64,000 bases of DNA, from positions 8,721-72,720 of the forward strand of contig CALXMM010000001.1 of NCBI GenBank assembly GCA_944389475.1, written 5' to 3'. Origin of the DNA: an uncultured Clostridia bacterium (lineage in GTDB: Bacteria > Bacillota > Clostridia > TANB77 > CAG-508). The position numbers were made by a program, and so were the translations under genes. The notes beneath the pieces are model-generated. The model saw nothing but the letters and a program-made list of their open reading frames with translations, searched no databases and was not told the DNA's origin. This document shows, in pieces, positions 59,956 through 64,000 of the stretch (its first letter is position 1; each line of letters starts with the position of its first letter).

Positions 59956-60813
59956 ATGTTATATAGAATAATAATAGTTTATTTAATTATTGTATTAGTT
60001 TATTTTAAAATTCATGGTGTAAAGAAAAACAAAATTGAAAAATTCATTTTTTCAATTTGTATACCAATCTTTGGACTTATAATTACCATATTATCAGAAA
60101 TTTCAGAAAATAAAAAAATAAGTACATCAAAAAATTATACAAATACATCCAAAAATAAAATTGAACAAAGCAAAGAGTTTCTTACTAATATACAAAGTTC
60201 TGTTATAGATGATTTAGATTTAAAAGATTATGTAAAAACAAGGGATATAATATTATCTATGCAAACATTGCCTTTAAAGAAACAATGTGAAATATGCCAA
60301 ATAACAATATGGTCAAAGAATGTAGAAATTTCACATATTTCCGCAGTTTCATTAATGAGAATAAAAACTTATTTTGAAAAGTTTTTTGTACATATGGAAA
60401 CATATATGGATTTATCCAAGATTGAAAATATAGAAAGATATATTAATGGATTAAATAATTATTTAGAATGTAAAATAGTATATGGTTCTTTAAGAGAGGA
60501 ATATGTTAACAAAATTATTTCTCTACTAAAAGAGTTATTAGAAAAAAAGAGTAATTGCGAAGAAAAATATTATCGTATGCTAATAAATAGATGTCTAGAA
60601 GCGAAAAAATATGATGAAGCTAAAAAACATGCAAAGATATTGTTAGATAAATTTGGAGTTAATGAAGAACGTTATAATGAGGTTTTAAAAGTATATTATG
60701 AGATTAAAGATGAAAATTCTTTAAAGGATATAATAAATAAATTAAAAGATATTCCAAAACTTACAAAAGAATCAAAAGAAATTGTAGAATTTTGGGAAGG
60801 GGAAAGGATGTAG
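59956..60813 (+). CDS. PelE-like protein
   Basis: Two TM helices ending CIPIFG, N.EISH.SA..L motif, TPR-like helical C-terminus; operon position. Confidence 0.6.
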   Translation: MLYRIIIVYLIIVLVYFKIHGVKKNKIEKFIFSICIPIFGLIITILSEISENKKISTSKNYTNTSKNKIEQSKEFLTNIQSSVIDDLDLKDYVKTRDIILSMQTLPLKKQCEICQITIWSKNVEISHISAVSLMRIKTYFEKFFVHMETYMDLSKIENIERYINGLNNYLECKIVYGSLREEYVNKIISLLKELLEKKSNCEEKYYRMLINRCLEAKKYDEAKKHAKILLDKFGVNEERYNEVLKVYYEIKDENSLKDIINKLKDIPKLTKESKEIVEFWEGERM

Positions 60814-60814
60814 A

Positions 60815-62665
60815 ATGAAAAAGGTAAAATTAGGTATATTACCTTATATAATAATATTATGTTGTTTGGCTTTTGTAATTGTAAAAGTAAGGGATACTCG
60901 TTTAGTAGATAGTTCAATACAATATACACCAAGTAATAACTTGCAATTAATAGGAAAAGATGAGTGGAATACATTACAACAAACAACAGAAAAGATAAAA
61001 AATGAAAAGTCTATATTAATATATGATGATACAAATGAAAATGGTGTTACTACTTTTCAAAATGTTCAATATGTTTTAAATTCCATGGGAGTAGATGTTG
61101 TACCAGTGAAAATAAGTGAACAGAGCCAATATAAAGATATTTCTGATTATGACACAATGGTAATCTGTTTGGAAAATTTAGAAAATTTAGCTTATTCAAG
61201 TAGTGAACTAGAAAATTGGGTAAGCAGTGGAAAAGGAATATATTTTACTCTACCTTTACAAAATGATGAATATCTTAAACCATATGCAGATTTATTAGGA
61301 ATAGAAGATCCAAATGATATTTCTACAATAGAATATAAAAATATGACATTTGCAGATGATTTTTTAATTGGAGCTAAGGGAAAAGAATTTTATGAAGACA
61401 CCATAAATGGTAGTGGTTTAAAAGTAAATTTAAAAGATGATGTTACAATCCATGTAACTGAAGCAGAAGATTCAGGTAATCCAATTTTATGGAATCTTCA
61501 ATATGGTGATGGCTTTGTATCTGTTTGTAATGCATATTTATTAGGAGATAAGGTAACAAGAGGATTAATTGCTGCTGGATATGCTGAACTACATAATTGC
61601 TATGCATATCCTGTTATTAATTCTTCAATGTACTGTATAGATGATATGCCATCACCAATTCCAACCGGATATAATGAAATAATAAATAAACAATATCATT
61701 GTAATATGGAAGACTTTTATTTTAATATTTGGTGGCCAAGAATGAAAAGTCTTACAGAAAAATATGGTATAAAGTATTCAGGATTTATAATACAGACATA
61801 TGAGGATAACACAGAACCACCATATGATAATAAAACTTATATGGAAACCTCAAAATATTATGCTAATTCATTGTTAGATTCTGGTGGCGAGCTTGGAATT
61901 CATGGATATAATCATCAATCCTTAGTTTTTGAAGGATTTGATTATAGGGATGATAAGGTTCATTATAAACCATGGAAGAATTTTAATGATATTGCTGAAG
62001 CTACTAGAGCTGTAATTGCTTTTGCAAAAGAGATAGCTCCAAATGCAAACATAACAACATATGTAGCACCTAGCAATATAATCAGCCAGTATGTATGGAA
62101 AGAGATGGAAAAAAACATACCAGAAATTAAAGTGTATGCAGGTGTTTACATAGGAAATGAAGCAGAGATGGTACAAGAATTTGAGGCAAAGGAAGATGGA
62201 ATAGTATATGTTCCAAGAACAGATTCTGGAATGGATTTAGATTTAGATGTACAAAGTGAATTCTTAATGTATAACGAATTAAGTTTTCATTATGTTCACT
62301 CCAACTTCCTTCATCCAGATGATGTAATCGATGTAGATAGAGGGGCAAATGAAGGTTTTGAAACATTATTTGGAAAATTTGAGAACATGGTAAAAACCTT
62401 AAATGCTTCAGGTATAAGAAATACAACAGTTTCTGAAGGAGGAGCTGCTGTTCAAAGATATTGTTTAACATCATGTAAGCAAAATTTTGATGATGGAACT
62501 TTAAAACTTGAAGTTAATGGAATAAAAGATGAAGTATATTATTTTGTTAGATTAAATAATGGAGAAAAAATCAAAAATATAGAAGGAGCAGAATATAAAA
62601 AAATTAATGATAACTACTATTTATTAAAAATAAATCAAAAAGATGTAGTTATAGAAATGGAATAG
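60815..62665 (+). CDS. DUF2194 / PelA deacetylase-like protein
   Basis: AYPVINSS..IDDMPSP, WWP, ELGIHGYNHQSL, YVAPSN, FLHPDD. Confidence 0.85.
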   Translation: MKKVKLGILPYIIILCCLAFVIVKVRDTRLVDSSIQYTPSNNLQLIGKDEWNTLQQTTEKIKNEKSILIYDDTNENGVTTFQNVQYVLNSMGVDVVPVKISEQSQYKDISDYDTMVICLENLENLAYSSSELENWVSSGKGIYFTLPLQNDEYLKPYADLLGIEDPNDISTIEYKNMTFADDFLIGAKGKEFYEDTINGSGLKVNLKDDVTIHVTEAEDSGNPILWNLQYGDGFVSVCNAYLLGDKVTRGLIAAGYAELHNCYAYPVINSSMYCIDDMPSPIPTGYNEIINKQYHCNMEDFYFNIWWPRMKSLTEKYGIKYSGFIIQTYEDNTEPPYDNKTYMETSKYYANSLLDSGGELGIHGYNHQSLVFEGFDYRDDKVHYKPWKNFNDIAEATRAVIAFAKEIAPNANITTYVAPSNIISQYVWKEMEKNIPEIKVYAGVYIGNEAEMVQEFEAKEDGIVYVPRTDSGMDLDLDVQSEFLMYNELSFHYVHSNFLHPDDVIDVDRGANEGFETLFGKFENMVKTLNASGIRNTTVSEGGAAVQRYCLTSCKQNFDDGTLKLEVNGIKDEVYYFVRLNNGEKIKNIEGAEYKKINDNYYLLKINQKDVVIEME

Positions 62666-62669
62666 AATT

Positions 62670-64000
62670 ATGAAGATTTGTTTTATATTAGAAGGATGTT
62701 ATCCATATGTTTATGGAGGAGTATCTACGTGGGTAAATCAATATATTTTGTCAAAACCAGAGCACGAATTTATACTATTAACAATTGGTGCCAATAAAAG
62801 AGATAGACATAAATTTGTATATGATATACCGAAAAATGTAATTAAAATAGAAGAAATATTTTTAGATGAAGATGTAGAGGTTAATTCAAAAGCAAATAAA
62901 TATATAAGCTCAGATATATTTTTAAAAGAAATAAAAAATCTTATTTTGGGCGAAAAGGTTAATTGGAAAAATATATTTGATGAAGTAAAAAATCCAAATT
63001 GGAATGATAATGACTTTTTTGAAGGAAAACAATATTTAAATATTATAAATGATATAGCAAAAAATGAACTTAAGGAAGATGGCTTTTTAGAAGTATTTTT
63101 TGGAATTAAGTCAATGCTAAAGCCATTATTACAATTATTAGCAATACCAATACCGGATGCAGATATTTATCATTCAGCTTCAACAGGATATGCAGGAATT
63201 TTAGGAGCGCTAGCAAAATATAAAACTAATAAACCATTTATCCTAACTGAGCATGGAATATATCCAAGAGAAAGAGAAGAAGAGTTGCTTGCTTGCGATT
63301 GGTTGGATGATTCAATGAAAAAAATTTGGATACAGTTCTTTTACAATATTTCGAGTATTGCGTATGAAAAAGCCACATTTGTAACATCTTTATTTGAGGC
63401 TTCTAAAGCAACTCAAATTGCTTTGGGATGTGATAAAGATAAATGTTATGTTATTCCAAATGGAATAAATTATAAACAATATGAAATAATGCCGGACAAA
63501 AAAGAAAATGGATTTACAGATATTGGAGCATTTATACGTTTTTCTAGAATTAAAGATGTAAAAACATTATTATATTCATTTTATGAAACGCATGCTAAAT
63601 GCAATAATGCAAGATTACATATTTTTGGTGCAACTAACGACAAGGAATATAAAAAAGAATGTTTAGAAATAATAGATTCTTTAGGACTAAAAGAATGTGT
63701 AACCGTTTATGGACAAATAAATCCTTTAGATTATATGCCACGTATGGATTTTACAATATTAACAAGCATTTCAGAAGGTCAACCACTTACGATACTGGAA
63801 TCATTTGCAGCTAGGAGACCTGTTGTATGCACGAATGTAGGATGTTGTAGGGAGCTAATAGAAGGAAATAACGATGGAATTGGAAAAGCAGGAATTTGTT
63901 GCACACCTATGGACATATCTGGAATAGCAAGGGCAATGATTACTTTATGTCAAGATAAAGATTTATGTAAAAAACTTGGTAGAAATGGTTTAGAAAGAGT
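62670..64000 (+). CDS. pelF: GT4 glycosyltransferase PelF (runs off the window end; not in the ORF track)
   Basis: MKICFILEGCYPYVYGGVSTW, HSASTGYAG, LTEHGIYPREREEE, IKDVKT, LTSISEGQPL. Confidence 0.92.
   Translation, partial: MKICFILEGCYPYVYGGVSTWVNQYILSKPEHEFILLTIGANKRDRHKFVYDIPKNVIKIEEIFLDEDVEVNSKANKYISSDIFLKEIKNLILGEKVNWKNIFDEVKNPNWNDNDFFEGKQYLNIINDIAKNELKEDGFLEVFFGIKSMLKPLLQLLAIPIPDADIYHSASTGYAGILGALAKYKTNKPFILTEHGIYPREREEELLACDWLDDSMKKIWIQFFYNISSIAYEKATFVTSLFEASKATQIALGCDKDKCYVIPNGINYKQYEIMPDKKENGFTDIGAFIRFSRIKDVKTLLYSFYETHAKCNNARLHIFGATNDKEYKKECLEIIDSLGLKECVTVYGQINPLDYMPRMDFTILTSISEGQPLTILESFAARRPVVCTNVGCCRELIEGNNDGIGKAGICCTPMDISGIARAMITLCQDKDLCKKLGRNGLER

Overview
64 kb of a very AT-rich, apparently spore-forming Clostridia-like chromosome, probably an uncultured gut lineage (inference from composition and gene content). 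Almost all genes lie on the + strand. The backbone is housekeeping: sufC/sufB-type pair, cysK, dapL, polA, galE, heterodimeric ABC exporter, small alarmone synthetase, P-type ATPase, nadD, argS, glmM, metG, fba, smpB, nfo, and the start of a Gram-positive pel operon (pelD-E-A-F) at the right edge. The accessory material is concentrated at 2.4-15.4 kb. Best candidate for an undescribed system: a separately promoted, tRNA-like cloverleaf RNA ending in ACCA (14770-14857) that faces a stand-alone PBECR-like (barnase/colicin E5/D/RelE-fold) nuclease gene across a shared terminator, suggesting a toxin with a tRNA-mimic RNA partner. Second candidate: two tandem self-contained cassettes (5624-6445) with conserved promoter, leader and 3' double hairpins around divergent, GC-rich, small beta-repeat ORFs. 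Also notable: a tightly coupled operon of apparently degenerate enzyme homologs with a 1457-aa repeat protein; a dispersed REP-like palindrome family at a gene-truncation junction; and a 5x23-bp array abutting the promoter of an AAA/DUF4143 gene. No canonical tRNA, rRNA, CRISPR array or transposase was seen. All family calls come from motif recognition by eye; no searches were run.
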